Part shown: piece after piece, positions 19,422 through 30,073 of the stretch
Numbering within the stretch: the first letter of the stretch is position 1
Layout of the letters: each line of letters opens with the position of its first letter
From: an uncultured Chthoniobacteraceae bacterium
GTDB taxonomy: Bacteria > Verrucomicrobiota > Verrucomicrobiia > Chthoniobacterales > CAKUMP01
Length of the DNA: 58,325 nucleotides
Reading direction: 5' to 3'
Assembly: GCA_965365475.1 (NCBI GenBank)
Contig: CBDUBV010000004.1
Span: forward strand, 1-58,325
Made by a program: the position numbers and the translations under genes
Notes under the pieces: generated by a model
The model's database searches: none
Told to the model about the DNA's origin: nothing
Seen by the model: the letters and a program-made list of their open reading frames with translations, nothing else

Positions 19422-21048
19422 GTCCCATGCGGGCTCGCACCACTGCTGCGGCGGTGAATAGCAATTCCGCAATCACCACCGCGATTACGATCCCGAAGCC
19501 GCCGGTGCCGAAGCCGTAGCTATGCAATCCGGCACCTAGAACAAAGTTCACTCCATACCACGCCATCACCACGCACATAAAGCCGATCACTGAGCCCACT
19601 GCCAGGCCGAACCCGCCCCAATAACCCGCGATGCGTCCGTGCAGTAGAAAAATGTAAGCCAGAAATGCGATGAGTGCCCACGTCTCTTTTGGGTCCCAAT
19701 CCCAGAATCTGCCCCAGGAATAATTTGCCCACACACCGCCCAGGATCGTGCCTGTGCCCAGGAGCAGAACTCCGATCTGGATACAGCGGTACAAATAGTT
19801 GTGCAGCACGGGTGAACTTTTTCGCCCTATCAATGCATTGCCAAGCACCATGTGCGCAACGCCCAGTGCCAGCATGAACGCAGCGTAACTCAGCGTGATG
19901 GAAAGCACGTGCGTGGTGAGCCAGAAGTTGTCGCGCAGAACGGGAACCAACGGATGGATGCCGGGGTTCAGCACCGTGGGCTGGGAGTCCGCTAGAATAA
20001 GTGCAAACACTGCCAGCGGACATGCGGCGAGAAGAAACGTTTTCGATCTGTAAATAGCGGCGAAAATCAGTGCGAAGAAAATGGTCCCAAATGCGACCCA
20101 GATCACCGACTCATACATATTCGTGACAGGCGCACGCCCTGATATCAATATCCGCGCCGCGAAACCGTAGATCATAAAAGCCAGGCCAACCAGCACGATG
20201 AGCCAGCCCACAGACATGGGCCACCTGCTGCGCACCGCACCAGTCACGAGGAGAAAGGTGCATGCGGCTGCAAAGAGTATCCACGCCACGCGGAAGGGAT
20301 GCAGTGCGAAATAACCATGCTCCAACTCCAGGAGCCATGCGGGCGGGAGCTTGTCCGGGGCGAGCGAAGCTACGGCTTTCACAAAGGGTTCCGCTTCGAA
20401 ATCTCCATTCTGATACGAAGTCTTCAGGGCCTGAAACTCAGCCTCCACCGTTTCCCCAGCCTCACCGGGATACATGCTTGTAGCGGCAGGAGCGGTAGCC
20501 CAGCGACTCTCGCCTCCCTGCGGGTTCGGCACCATGGCGAAAGCATCGCCGCGCAGCAGGCTCTCCAGCAGCGACATGCGATTGGCGACTTGCGTGACCT
20601 CCTGTTGCTCGCGATTGAGTTTGGCATTGGGATCGCGCTGCCGAAGCGTTTGCACCTCATTGAGTTTGCCGAGAAACACTTTGTTACTTATCAACGTGGC
20701 ATGGGAAAAATGTTTTACTTTTTCATCAAGCCCCATCTCGAGTTTCAGTGGCTTGTAATTGAGCAGCAACATCGGTTCCTCACGCCAGAGTGCCCCATCT
20801 CCCAGCCACATCGCAGTTACAATTTCCATGGCATTCCACCGCTCTGCTTGTGCGCGGAGTGTCGCAGCCTTGGGTGAGTACGACGCCCGACCGTGAAGAA
20901 TCTGCACGGTTTCCGTGGCAAATGTGGAGAACGGCTTTTTGCGGCCTCCATCCTGAATGGGAGCGGTTTCAATCGCGGAAAAATCGAGGTTTGGGCCCGC
21001 CAGCGCTTGGCTCAGGGCAAGGATAAAAAGAAGTGCAAAAGTTCTCAT
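19393..21048 (-). CDS. ccsA: Cytochrome c biogenesis protein CcsA/ResC (system II) with N-terminal periplasmic domain
   Basis: WWD motif GGVWANYSWGRFWDWDPKETW, conserved His (TTHV, LHGR, GLHSYG), PIQDGGRKKP. Confidence 0.92.
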   Translation of the reverse strand: MRTFALLFILALSQALAGPNLDFSAIETAPIQDGGRKKPFSTFATETVQILHGRASYSPKAATLRAQAERWNAMEIVTAMWLGDGALWREEPMLLLNYKPLKLEMGLDEKVKHFSHATLISNKVFLGKLNEVQTLRQRDPNAKLNREQQEVTQVANRMSLLESLLRGDAFAMVPNPQGGESRWATAPAATSMYPGEAGETVEAEFQALKTSYQNGDFEAEPFVKAVASLAPDKLPPAWLLELEHGYFALHPFRVAWILFAAACTFLLVTGAVRSRWPMSVGWLIVLVGLAFMIYGFAARILISGRAPVTNMYESVIWVAFGTIFFALIFAAIYRSKTFLLAACPLAVFALILADSQPTVLNPGIHPLVPVLRDNFWLTTHVLSITLSYAAFMLALGVAHMVLGNALIGRKSSPVLHNYLYRCIQIGVLLLGTGTILGGVWANYSWGRFWDWDPKETWALIAFLAYIFLLHGRIAGYWGGFGLAVGSVIGFMCVVMAWYGVNFVLGAGLHSYGFGTGGFGIVIAVVIAELLFTAAAVVRARMGLTSSSHTPA

Positions 21049-22862
21049 GATTTACGGACGGGTTTGAAATAAAACAACAGCGCGATACCGATGGAGATCA
21101 TCAGCGAACCGATCCATTTGAACAACCAGCCGGGATCATACAACACCTGAAGCGTGGTCTCTTTGAGATTCTGCGGGTTCCACGACGCCTGCGAGAATTT
21201 GTAGGTGAGTCCAGTCATTGTCCGCCACCAGCCACCAGGATAACTGGCGGGATGGTTCATCTTGCTCACCAGTTCCTTGCTCTGCCCGGACATCAAATCG
21301 GTGAACCGCACAGTGCTTATAAAATTTGCGGGCGTGTTCGTGCCTTCATCGCGTGGCACTTCGAACTTCACCAACTCCACGCTGAACGGAAGCCGGTGCG
21401 TGCGGAGACCGAACCCCACGCGCACAGCGTGATCATCGGGCATGGACACAGGTCGGCTCCGCACTTCTTCCGAGCGGCCTGAGCGAATCCAGACCGGCTC
21501 GCCCACCGTACCATCGTGCGACCGCTTGCGCACACGGATGCCTGGCACTGCGCCCTCGGCTTCCGGCGCATCCGGCTTCACGGGCGCAATCTCAAGCTTC
21601 TGCGTCGATCTAGGCAGAATTCTCGTAGGTGTGACTTGCCAGTCGGCCCAGCCTGGCGCGAAGGATTCCCCTTCACGCACCGAACCCGAAGTGATCTCTC
21701 GTTCGCCACGCAGCACGCGCCAGGCCAGTTCCTGCCCGCGCACGTTTAACTCCAGGCGCGGCTTAGCATCGCTCGCTGCAGGTGCTGCTTTGCCTCGCAC
21801 CCGAACCAAAGCTGCAGGATGGTTCGGCTCGTTGGAGGCGGTTTCCGGTTTGCCATCTTTCATCACGAAGTCAGGCCAGAAATCCACGAGTTCGATGTTT
21901 AGCTCCTCAGAGGTGACGGGATTGCCGCGCAACTCATCGATGGGACGTGGCGGTTTGTTACCGATGCGAAGCTGAAATGTGCCTTCCACGTTTTCCAATA
22001 CGATGCGAACACTCGACGGGTTGTCAGTAAATGAGTGCACGATGGGCTGCTGTGGCTGAGCGGCAAATATCACGTGTGTCTCATCCACATCCATCAACTC
22101 CACGGGCGGCAACGGTTTCATTTCCGGCACCATCGCGATGCTGGCGAGTCCGAAAAAGTCCTGCTTCGCTGTGGACTCGTCTCCCAGCCATAGATCGCGC
22201 GAGAGCTGTTGCGACATCATGCCACTGGCAAACTTCAAGGAGAGGCCAGGCGCAGATTCTGTCGCCTCGGAAGGCACCAGCACAGGGCGTTCCACCAAGG
22301 CTTCCTCATACGCCTCGACCAGCAATTGATCCCGCGACTGCGGTAGTGGCAGCTTGCGGGGTTTCTCGACTGTCGGCACTCGGGTTTGAACAGGCAGAGG
22401 TAAAATATACACCGCACCATCCTGCATATTATCGACTTGCAGGATGGTCTCGTTGATCACCAATCGCGTCGCGGGAGGGGCTCCTTGATTTAGTGTCACA
22501 CTGGCTTCGAAGCCAGCTTTCATTCCAACCACTGCGCCGATGAGCAGTATGATGATGCCCGCATGCGTGACGATAAAACCCGTATGTTTCTTCTGCCATG
22601 GCCAGCGAGTGAGCGTGGCGGCGATGAGATTCACGCAGAGCACCCCAAGCCAAAGCAAAAACCATGGCGCTTTATAGATGTAATCCTGTGCCACTCGACT
22701 GCTAAACTTCGACTCCGCAAACGTCGCCACGGCGCACGCGATGGCAATCGTGGAAAGTAGCACCAAAGCCAGCTTGAGCGAGCCAAGCGTGTGAATAAAC
22801 TTCCAAAAAACTGAAGTCCGCTGCCGCTCTTGAATCATCCGACGACGCTCGGCTTCTGTCAT
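21045..22862 (-). CDS. ResB/CcsB-like cytochrome c biogenesis protein
   Basis: GSLKLALVLL, three N-terminal TM helices with His (GFIVTHAG), large periplasmic region, MNHP...FSQAS...DPG C-terminal TM; ATGA overlap with ccsA. Confidence 0.82.
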   Translation of the reverse strand: MTEAERRRMIQERQRTSVFWKFIHTLGSLKLALVLLSTIAIACAVATFAESKFSSRVAQDYIYKAPWFLLWLGVLCVNLIAATLTRWPWQKKHTGFIVTHAGIIILLIGAVVGMKAGFEASVTLNQGAPPATRLVINETILQVDNMQDGAVYILPLPVQTRVPTVEKPRKLPLPQSRDQLLVEAYEEALVERPVLVPSEATESAPGLSLKFASGMMSQQLSRDLWLGDESTAKQDFFGLASIAMVPEMKPLPPVELMDVDETHVIFAAQPQQPIVHSFTDNPSSVRIVLENVEGTFQLRIGNKPPRPIDELRGNPVTSEELNIELVDFWPDFVMKDGKPETASNEPNHPAALVRVRGKAAPAASDAKPRLELNVRGQELAWRVLRGEREITSGSVREGESFAPGWADWQVTPTRILPRSTQKLEIAPVKPDAPEAEGAVPGIRVRKRSHDGTVGEPVWIRSGRSEEVRSRPVSMPDDHAVRVGFGLRTHRLPFSVELVKFEVPRDEGTNTPANFISTVRFTDLMSGQSKELVSKMNHPASYPGGWWRTMTGLTYKFSQASWNPQNLKETTLQVLYDPGWLFKWIGSLMISIGIALLFYFKPVRKS

Positions 22863-22944
22863 CGTAGCACCTGCCACATTCTCATGGCCAAAGCCGTTTC
22901 AAGTATTTCCATCGTGTATTGCATTACAAAGTCGTTGTTTCCCA

Positions 22945-24957
22945 TCAAGCGAGAGAAGTCTGCGGATATCCACCCGACTCGCCGATGATCTTCCGCACGG
23001 TCGGTGTGGATTGCACCTTTTCAGCACGGTGCAAAGCCCGCCACGTCACTGTGGCACTGGATACGAGCATGATCAATGCCGCCGCTACCGGATGCAGCAG
23101 CCCGGCCGCAGCCAGAACGATCCCGATGGCGTTATAAAAAAATGCAAAGACCAAATTCTGACGGACGGTGCGGATAACCTGACGGCATATAAACAAACAG
23201 TCAGATATCGACTGTAGATCATGCCCGAACCATTCTGCGTGCGCGGATTCACGCGCAAGTCCTGCTCCGGTGGCCAATGCCAGACTTGCATGAGCGCGAG
23301 CCATCGATGGAGCATCGTTTACGCCATCGCCTACAAACAACACATGCTTGCCAGCAGATTTCAGTTGTTCAACCAGACGCACTTTGTCCTCCGGCGTAAG
23401 ACGCGCATGGCAGTTCGACAACGCGACTGCGGGCAAACGGACACTGCGATCTCCGGTCATGACATGGCACTCGATCCCAGCGGCATTCAAAGCGTTAACG
23501 ACCGCAGGCACGCTCTCACGGAAACGTTCTTTTAATAAAGCAAGCGCCACGAGGTGCCCATCGCGTTTCACAAAAAGTTCATGCGAATACGAGGAGGCGT
23601 CTGGCATTGCGCTGCGCAAGTGTTTGAGCACTTCTGCATCGTCCGTGCACAGCATGGCATCGTTGCCCAGCGCGAGAGGCACACCATCCACCACGCCCGA
23701 GATGCCAATGCCAGGCACCGTCTGAATGCTGCTCGCCGTCCCCGGGCTCCCGCAGCTAGCCCACGAGTGAAATGCTCGCGCCACGGGGTGATTCGACTGC
23801 TGCTCGAGCGCGGCGATTGCGCATTGGAGCTGCGTGCGGTCTTCGCGGGGCAATGTTACGAAATCCACCACGCCGAGTTCCCCGTCGCTTAGAGTTCCGG
23901 TCTTGTCGAACACGACTGTGTCCACCTGTGCCAAAGACTGGACAAAATCTGGCGAGCGCGGGACGACGCCGCGGCGCGCCATCGCCGCGAGTGCGCTCCA
24001 GTTTCCAATCGGAGTTGCGAGACCCATGGCGCAAGGACACGCGACTAGAAGCACGGCCAGCGCATTGAAGGAACCCACGAGCCAGCCAGAATGCCACGTC
24101 CAAAAAGCAAATGTGCCAAGCGATGCACTCACCACGATGGGAAGAAAGATTCCCACCATCCGGTCCGCTTCGCGCTGCAATGTGCCGGGTCGTGACCGTG
24201 CTCCGCGCACAGTCGCGAGCATGCGGTCCAGATGCCGTTCTCCGCCCGCGCTGCTGGCCTCGATTTGCAGTGCTTGATCCAGCGCATACCCACCGGCTGC
24301 CACCTTGTCGCCTTCACGTTTGACCACGGGGAAAGGTTCGCCCGTGATTGCTGCTTCCCGCACAAATGCCACACCGCTGCATACTGTGCCGTCCACGGGA
24401 ATCCCCTCACCCGGTCGCACGAGCACAATATCTCCGGGCCGAATATCCGCCACGTCCACCAGCTCAGCGGTGCCAAAGCGGCGTAATCGTGTGCACGTGG
24501 CAAATTCGCGCCCGAGTGCATCTGCCGTGTCGAGAGCAGCAGCGCGGCGTCTATTTCCCACCACAGTGCCGAAAGTATATATGGCGAGCAACACCGCCAC
24601 CACCTCGTAATAAACGCTACCCGCGCCTGTAAGCGAGCTTTGCAGTGAGGCAAAAAACGCGCCTCCGATTCCAAGAAGAAAAAGTTGCTCCACCACGATG
24701 CGCCCCTGCCTGGCAGCGCGCAATCCCGTGCGCAGCAAAGGCATGCCAACCAGCGCGAACACCAGCATCGCTGAGCCGCACAGCAGCGAGTGCAGCACCA
24801 GCCGCGCCATCCCTTCGGGCGGAGAGACATTGATTGCCAGACCAAAAACCATCGACTGACCAGCAATCAGCGCGGCGAACCCAATGCGAAGCCATTGCCC
24901 GGCCTCCGGTGGGCGGAGAGAGTCAGGCGGTAAATCGTTGGCGCAACAAGTGGACAT
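22945..24957 (-). CDS. Heavy-metal P1B-type ATPase (Cu-type / FixI-CcoI-like)
   Basis: [24 protein letters not shown] and MxxSS in the last helices; no N-terminal HMA domain. Confidence 0.9.
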   Translation of the reverse strand: MSTCCANDLPPDSLRPPEAGQWLRIGFAALIAGQSMVFGLAINVSPPEGMARLVLHSLLCGSAMLVFALVGMPLLRTGLRAARQGRIVVEQLFLLGIGGAFFASLQSSLTGAGSVYYEVVAVLLAIYTFGTVVGNRRRAAALDTADALGREFATCTRLRRFGTAELVDVADIRPGDIVLVRPGEGIPVDGTVCSGVAFVREAAITGEPFPVVKREGDKVAAGGYALDQALQIEASSAGGERHLDRMLATVRGARSRPGTLQREADRMVGIFLPIVVSASLGTFAFWTWHSGWLVGSFNALAVLLVACPCAMGLATPIGNWSALAAMARRGVVPRSPDFVQSLAQVDTVVFDKTGTLSDGELGVVDFVTLPREDRTQLQCAIAALEQQSNHPVARAFHSWASCGSPGTASSIQTVPGIGISGVVDGVPLALGNDAMLCTDDAEVLKHLRSAMPDASSYSHELFVKRDGHLVALALLKERFRESVPAVVNALNAAGIECHVMTGDRSVRLPAVALSNCHARLTPEDKVRLVEQLKSAGKHVLFVGDGVNDAPSMARAHASLALATGAGLARESAHAEWFGHDLQSISDCLFICRQVIRTVRQNLVFAFFYNAIGIVLAAAGLLHPVAAALIMLVSSATVTWRALHRAEKVQSTPTVRKIIGESGGYPQTSLA

Positions 24958-25149
24958 TAAATTTTGAAACGACGCGAGAGGCTACATGCCTTCTTATCAG
25001 CGTGCAAGTGGTCTCGGCTACGGGGCGATAATGAAGTGCAGCAAAGGGGCGTTGCCCTCCCGCTCAATTTGCGAGTCTTGAAAAGATCTCTGATTATTTG
25101 TTGTTGGTTTGTGAGACCATCGGGGGTTCGATAAGCGAACCTGTGAGTT

Positions 25150-25713
25150 ATGAACACTCAACTTACCAACAAGAAAGTCGCCATTCTCGCAGCGGATGGC
25201 TTTGAACAGTCCGAACTCGAACAGCCGATGGAAGCACTTAAGGCGGCTGGAGCAGAAGTCCAGATCGTCTCTGTGAAGACGGGTTCCATTCAAGGCATGC
25301 AACACATGGAGCAGGGAGACACGTTTTCAGTCGATATTGCACTCGACCAGGTGGACGCCGAAAACTTCGACGCTGTAGTGATACCCGGTGGACTATACAA
25401 TCCTGATACGCTTCGATCCACGCCGGAAGCGGTGGATTTCGTGCGAGCGTTCGCGTCTGCCGGCAAACCGATTTGTTCCATTTGTCACGGGCCGTGGGTC
25501 CTTATCGAAGCGGGCATTGTGAAGGGGAGAAAATTGACCTCATGGCCAGCGATCCAAACGGATCTAAAAAACGCAGGCGCGAACTGGGTGGATGAAGAAG
25601 TGGTTGTCGATAACGGGCTGGTTACAAGCCGCAAGCCAGACGACATCCCCGCGTTCAATCGAAAAATGATAGAGGAGATTGCTGAGGGAATTCATGCGGG
25701 GATGAAAAAATAG
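25150..25713 (+). CDS. PfpI/DJ-1 family protein (YhbO-like)
   Basis: DGFEQSE, PGG, ICHGPW, TSRKPDDIPAF. Confidence 0.93.
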   Translation: MNTQLTNKKVAILAADGFEQSELEQPMEALKAAGAEVQIVSVKTGSIQGMQHMEQGDTFSVDIALDQVDAENFDAVVIPGGLYNPDTLRSTPEAVDFVRAFASAGKPICSICHGPWVLIEAGIVKGRKLTSWPAIQTDLKNAGANWVDEEVVVDNGLVTSRKPDDIPAFNRKMIEEIAEGIHAGMKK

Positions 25714-25738
25714 CTAAGTTTGGCCGGAGAGTGTGAAG

Positions 25739-26854
25739 TCAAGAACTGATTCGGCTGCGCCAGGCAAGTTGATCGCGACGGCCGAGAGCGGAATGGATCA
25801 TCATAAATTCACCGACGTTTTCCGGCGTAAAAAGTCCTACCAATTGTCCTTGTGAATTGAGCACAGGCAATGCCGGACAAGCGCACCGTTGCATGGTTCG
25901 GAAGGCCTCCTCGAAATTTGTTCCAGCATGGACCGCAGGGATATCTCTTCGCATCACCTCCACCACTGCGGTATGACCTCCCGTGCGGCGCAAAGCGCGG
26001 ATCATATCGTCACGTGTGAGGATGCCCAACACCTGCCTGGCTTGGTCCACGACGGGGAATTCCTGTTGCGAAGTGGCCAGCAGCAGTTCCACAGCCTCGT
26101 CGATATCTGCATTCTCGTTCAAGGTGGAGAAATTAGTCACCATGGCACTGCGCACTGGCAGGCCCGTGGCCGCGTCTTTCATTTGTGCAAGGGCGGCCTC
26201 CTGGGAGGCACCGAAATAAATAAACACCGCGATCAGCACCAGCATAGGGTTCCAAAGCAGGCCGGCAAATCCAAACACGAACGCCATGCCCTGTCCTATG
26301 GTGGCGGCTATCTGCGTAGCTCGGGCATGGGTGAGGCGCGTCGCCAGCAAAGCCCGTAGCACTCGCCCACCATCCATCGGAAAGGCAGGCAGTAAATTGA
26401 AAAAAACAAGCAGCAGATTGACATACAGCAGCTTCACCAACAAACCGCCGCCGGGTGAACTCAATGCCCCCATATGCGCCGGGTCGATACGCCCCCCCAA
26501 CACGACAAAAAGAGCCGCAGCGATCGCGACATTCACTGCCGGGCCTGCCAATGCGACGACCAGTTCCTCATAGGGTTTGTCCGGCATCCGCTCGAGCCGG
26601 GCCACGCCGCCGATGGGCAGTAGCGTAATATCGGGCGTGTGGATGCCATAAGCCCGGGCGGCAAAAGCGTGTCCGAATTCATGCAGCAGAACACAAGCGA
26701 AAAGCAGAAGAATGAAAATCACCCCATGGATAGCTGCATCGGCTCCGCCTTGGTTGTAGTAAAGAAAACCGAAGAACGCCAACAGCAACAAAAAAGTGAC
26801 GTGCACGCGCACCTCAATTCCCAGAACTCTACCTATAAGAAAAGACCAGCTCAT
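25739..26854 (-). CDS. Site-2 protease (M50) with tandem CBS domains
   Basis: HEFGH, AGPAVN, NLLPAFPMDGGR, C-terminal CBS pair. Confidence 0.93.
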   Translation of the reverse strand: MSWSFLIGRVLGIEVRVHVTFLLLLAFFGFLYYNQGGADAAIHGVIFILLLFACVLLHEFGHAFAARAYGIHTPDITLLPIGGVARLERMPDKPYEELVVALAGPAVNVAIAAALFVVLGGRIDPAHMGALSSPGGGLLVKLLYVNLLLVFFNLLPAFPMDGGRVLRALLATRLTHARATQIAATIGQGMAFVFGFAGLLWNPMLVLIAVFIYFGASQEAALAQMKDAATGLPVRSAMVTNFSTLNENADIDEAVELLLATSQQEFPVVDQARQVLGILTRDDMIRALRRTGGHTAVVEVMRRDIPAVHAGTNFEEAFRTMQRCACPALPVLNSQGQLVGLFTPENVGEFMMIHSALGRRDQLAWRSRISS

Positions 26855-26979
26855 TGCTCGCGATCCTTGCCACTTTGTGTGCCATCACGCAAGCTGCTAC
26901 TTGGGGCGAGTCAAAAGCCGGAGCATTGCTTATTGGAATTGTCTTTGGTAAATACACACCCCTCATAGCCATAAATTCC

Positions 26980-27306
26980 ATGCCCACATACGAGTACGAG
27001 TGCAAAAAGTGCAAAAAAAGTTTCGAGCTTTTCCAATCGATGAAAGACGCTCCTCTGGAAGTATGTCCCAAAGATAAATGCCGACAGAAAACCTGGGGTA
27101 AAGGCAAGGTAAAACGCCAGCTCGGCACCGGTGCGGGACTTCTTTTTAAAGGCTCAGGTTTTTACATCACAGACTACCGCAGCGAGAGCTACCAAAATGC
27201 GGCGAAAAAGGAATCCGATACCCCCAAGCCTGCAGAGAAAAAATCGGAACCCTCAGTCAAGCCGACGGACAAAAAAACCAAAAACACAAATACCCCGTCC
27301 ACATGA
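26980..27306 (+). CDS. FmdB-family zinc-ribbon protein
   Basis: MPTYEYECKKC...CPKDKC...FKGSGFYITDY with a low-complexity tail; start reset to ATG 26980. Confidence 0.9.
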   Translation: MPTYEYECKKCKKSFELFQSMKDAPLEVCPKDKCRQKTWGKGKVKRQLGTGAGLLFKGSGFYITDYRSESYQNAAKKESDTPKPAEKKSEPSVKPTDKKTKNTNTPST

Positions 27307-28058
27307 ATAAATTAATCTGTCCAGAATGTAACTATGTGAACGAGCCAGAGCGCGTATATTGCCACAGCTGCGGGGTGAAACTGGACCGTTCCATACTGCC
27401 TGAGAACCAGCCTGCACAAGCCGGCGCAAAGCCAAGACCACTCAAGAAACGACGCGTAAGCACATTTTCTTTTGGTGCCTTTCTCGGCAAGCTGATCCGC
27501 CTTGTGCTGGGTTCGGCTGTTGTCGCGGCACTTATTTTAATGGCACTACCGCCCGAAGAAGTCCCAGAGGTTTCCGAGGAAGCCAGCATGAGCCCGCCGA
27601 TGATTCTTATGGATTTGCAAGCGTCGGCTAGCACACCGGGATCAGCCCGGCGGGTTTATACCGAGGACCAGATCAACGCGTATCTGAAAGCGGTAATTAA
27701 AGCCAAATCAAAGCCGGAGGGTTTCCTCGAAGAGAACTTCCGCTTTGGCCGTGTTTACTCCCAGATGTTTAAGGATGAGGTGTTAATCGGCGTGTCGCAG
27801 GAGATTTTTGGTTATCCATTGTATGCAGCGACCAGGCTACGACCAGAAATAGCCGGAGGTGCGCTGATACACGAAATACTGGGCGGCTACATCGGTCGAT
27901 TACAGATTCCGCAGCTTATCATGCGTCCATTGGCACCCTTGATGTTTGGGAACGTGAGGCAGGGACTCTCGCAGGAAATCGCTGTGATTGAGAAGGCCAA
28001 CAGCATTGTAATTGAGGAGGAAAAAGCGGGGGTTTTCTACAAACAACCGGGAAGGTAG
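27303..28058 (+). CDS. Zinc-ribbon-containing single-pass membrane protein
   Basis: CPEC...CHSC N-terminus, basic linker, one TM helix; ATGA overlap with the upstream gene. Confidence 0.75.
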   Translation: MNKLICPECNYVNEPERVYCHSCGVKLDRSILPENQPAQAGAKPRPLKKRRVSTFSFGAFLGKLIRLVLGSAVVAALILMALPPEEVPEVSEEASMSPPMILMDLQASASTPGSARRVYTEDQINAYLKAVIKAKSKPEGFLEENFRFGRVYSQMFKDEVLIGVSQEIFGYPLYAATRLRPEIAGGALIHEILGGYIGRLQIPQLIMRPLAPLMFGNVRQGLSQEIAVIEKANSIVIEEEKAGVFYKQPGR

Positions 28059-28067
28059 CCTAGACTC

Positions 28068-29411
28068 GTGTCAAGCCGCCACATGCGCCTAAGGCCAGGA
28101 GGAAGCACCTGGCTGCAAATCACGCCCTGCGTATTGCTGCTGGCACTCATGCAACCACTGCTGTGGGCCGAGCCATTTAGCCTGGCAGATTTAAGCGTCA
28201 GCCGATCCAGGCAGTTCTATGTGTATGCGCCGGAACGTGAATGGCGTGGAGGCGTCGCGCTGGTGGCCGATGATACGAAGGAGTGGCTGCTCCAAAAGCT
28301 CCGAATACGCGATGACTGGAAGCACCCGATAATCATCCACATCACGCGCGAATCCGCTTCACGACCAGGGGCGGACCCTGCCACTCTGCGGGTGTTCGAG
28401 ACCGAGATCGGACCGAAGGTACAGCTCGACTTGATCGCGGGACCGACGCGCTCTGGAGTATCGATTCAGCGTGAAGTGCTGCGCGCTGTGCTGACGGAGA
28501 TGGCACTGCGCGACAGCAAGACTCAGAGAATCGCCTCCGAACAGGTTCAACCGCCCGAATGGCTCATCACCGGCTTTCACGCGCTGCGCCAATCGGAAGA
28601 GGAAGGTCTGGGAGCGTCATTTTATGAAGCATTACTGGCGGCGGGCAATCTGCCATCGTTTGAAGACTTTATCCGCAGCGAGCCACAGGGGATGGATTCC
28701 ACTTCCTTGAAACTTCACCAGGCTGCTGCGGCGGCTCTAGTGCAGGCCATTCTGGATATGCCAGACGGTCGGGACGGTTTGCTTGCGTTTCTTAAAAATC
28801 GCAATCCCTCAGATGATCTCGCGCATCTTCGCGAGAACATCGCCGCCATTTCTCCGGAGACCGGTGGGCTGGAACGCTGGTGGAGTCTGGCCATTGCGAA
28901 GCTTGCAAGCCAGCAACAGCATGAAGCCCGCCGCGTTGAGACCACTGCTGCGCAGTTCGACGAGCTGCTATACTTTGAAATTAAAGATGATAACGGCCAA
29001 CAGACACTGGTGGCTTTGGAAGACTTTCGAAAACTGGATAAAAATCCCGCGCTCCCCCTTGCAAAAGCTGCGCTCACTGCCCGAGTCCGCATCTTTGCGA
29101 CCACAGCCAACCCGCTTTTTGTGCCGGTTATCGAGGCTTATCTCACCGCGATTCAATTCGTAGGAAAAGAGAAACCTGCTACTGTGCAGAAACGTCTGGC
29201 CCAGGCTGCGCAGTTGCGCTCCCAAGTCGAGCAACTTGGCACCGACATCACTGATCACATGAACTGGGTCGAAGCCACCCGGCCCGGAGGCCGCAGCGGG
29301 GATTTCGAAGATTATTTCCGTGCCGTCAAGGCTCTGGAGCAACCCGTGCCCGAACGTCGGGCGGATTCCATAAGCCGATATTTGGATTCCATGGAAATGG
29401 AACTTGAATAA
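28068..29411 (+). CDS. Secreted hypothetical protein
   Basis: 447-aa frame 9 nt after the previous stop; hydrophobic signal-like N-terminus; start codon uncertain (GTG 28068 or ATG 28083). Confidence 0.75.
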   Translation: MSSRHMRLRPGGSTWLQITPCVLLLALMQPLLWAEPFSLADLSVSRSRQFYVYAPEREWRGGVALVADDTKEWLLQKLRIRDDWKHPIIIHITRESASRPGADPATLRVFETEIGPKVQLDLIAGPTRSGVSIQREVLRAVLTEMALRDSKTQRIASEQVQPPEWLITGFHALRQSEEEGLGASFYEALLAAGNLPSFEDFIRSEPQGMDSTSLKLHQAAAAALVQAILDMPDGRDGLLAFLKNRNPSDDLAHLRENIAAISPETGGLERWWSLAIAKLASQQQHEARRVETTAAQFDELLYFEIKDDNGQQTLVALEDFRKLDKNPALPLAKAALTARVRIFATTANPLFVPVIEAYLTAIQFVGKEKPATVQKRLAQAAQLRSQVEQLGTDITDHMNWVEATRPGGRSGDFEDYFRAVKALEQPVPERRADSISRYLDSMEMELE

Positions 29412-29444
29412 GCAGAGGATTTTTTAAAAGTAGCAGTCACCAGC

Positions 29445-29891
29445 TCATGCACACGTTCCGCGCCGCAGAGAGGTCGCCAACTCTGCAAACCGCTCGCACC
29501 ATTCCTCCGGGAGACGCACGGGTTTGCCCTCAGGCATTTTCACCACTGCCATGGTCTGCTTGCATGTAACCATGTCGGTTGAAAGATCTTCTTTACGAAT
29601 GGTAAATGAGACTTGGAAACGCGATCGTTCCACGCCGCTTAGCCAGGCTTTCACCACTAAGGCATCGCCCAGCCTGGCTGGACGGCGATAGTCAATCTCT
29701 GTGCGGACGACCACCGGAAAAACGCCTGTAGCTCCACCCATGTCGGCAAGTTTCCAACCCAGCTCTTCACCAAGCACCGTGCGCGCTGTCTCGATAAATC
29801 GCAAATACGCGATGTTATGCACTACACCGGCGCAATCGGTATCGAAAAACATAACCCTCAGCGGAACAGATACTGTAGGAACCTCGTTCAT
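29445..29891 (-). CDS. Acyl-CoA thioesterase (4HBT/YbgC family)
   Basis: VMFFDTDCAGVVHNIAYLRFIETAR, EIDYRRPARLGD; start reset to ATG 29891. Confidence 0.9.
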   Translation of the reverse strand: MNEVPTVSVPLRVMFFDTDCAGVVHNIAYLRFIETARTVLGEELGWKLADMGGATGVFPVVVRTEIDYRRPARLGDALVVKAWLSGVERSRFQVSFTIRKEDLSTDMVTCKQTMAVVKMPEGKPVRLPEEWCERFAELATSLRRGTCA

Positions 29892-30073
29892 TTGACCTAT
29901 TTCTACGCAGAGATACAAGGGTGCTGCCAGCATATCGACAGTAAAATTGCAAAGATCGCGGTCAATCAACCGCTGCGCTCCCGCGAAAATTTGTTGATCG
30001 GCGGCTGGTATTTGTACATGCATAGCAGCATGCGCGCAGTAGCTATCGCTCCAGGTTGTAGGAGGCCGGTCTG

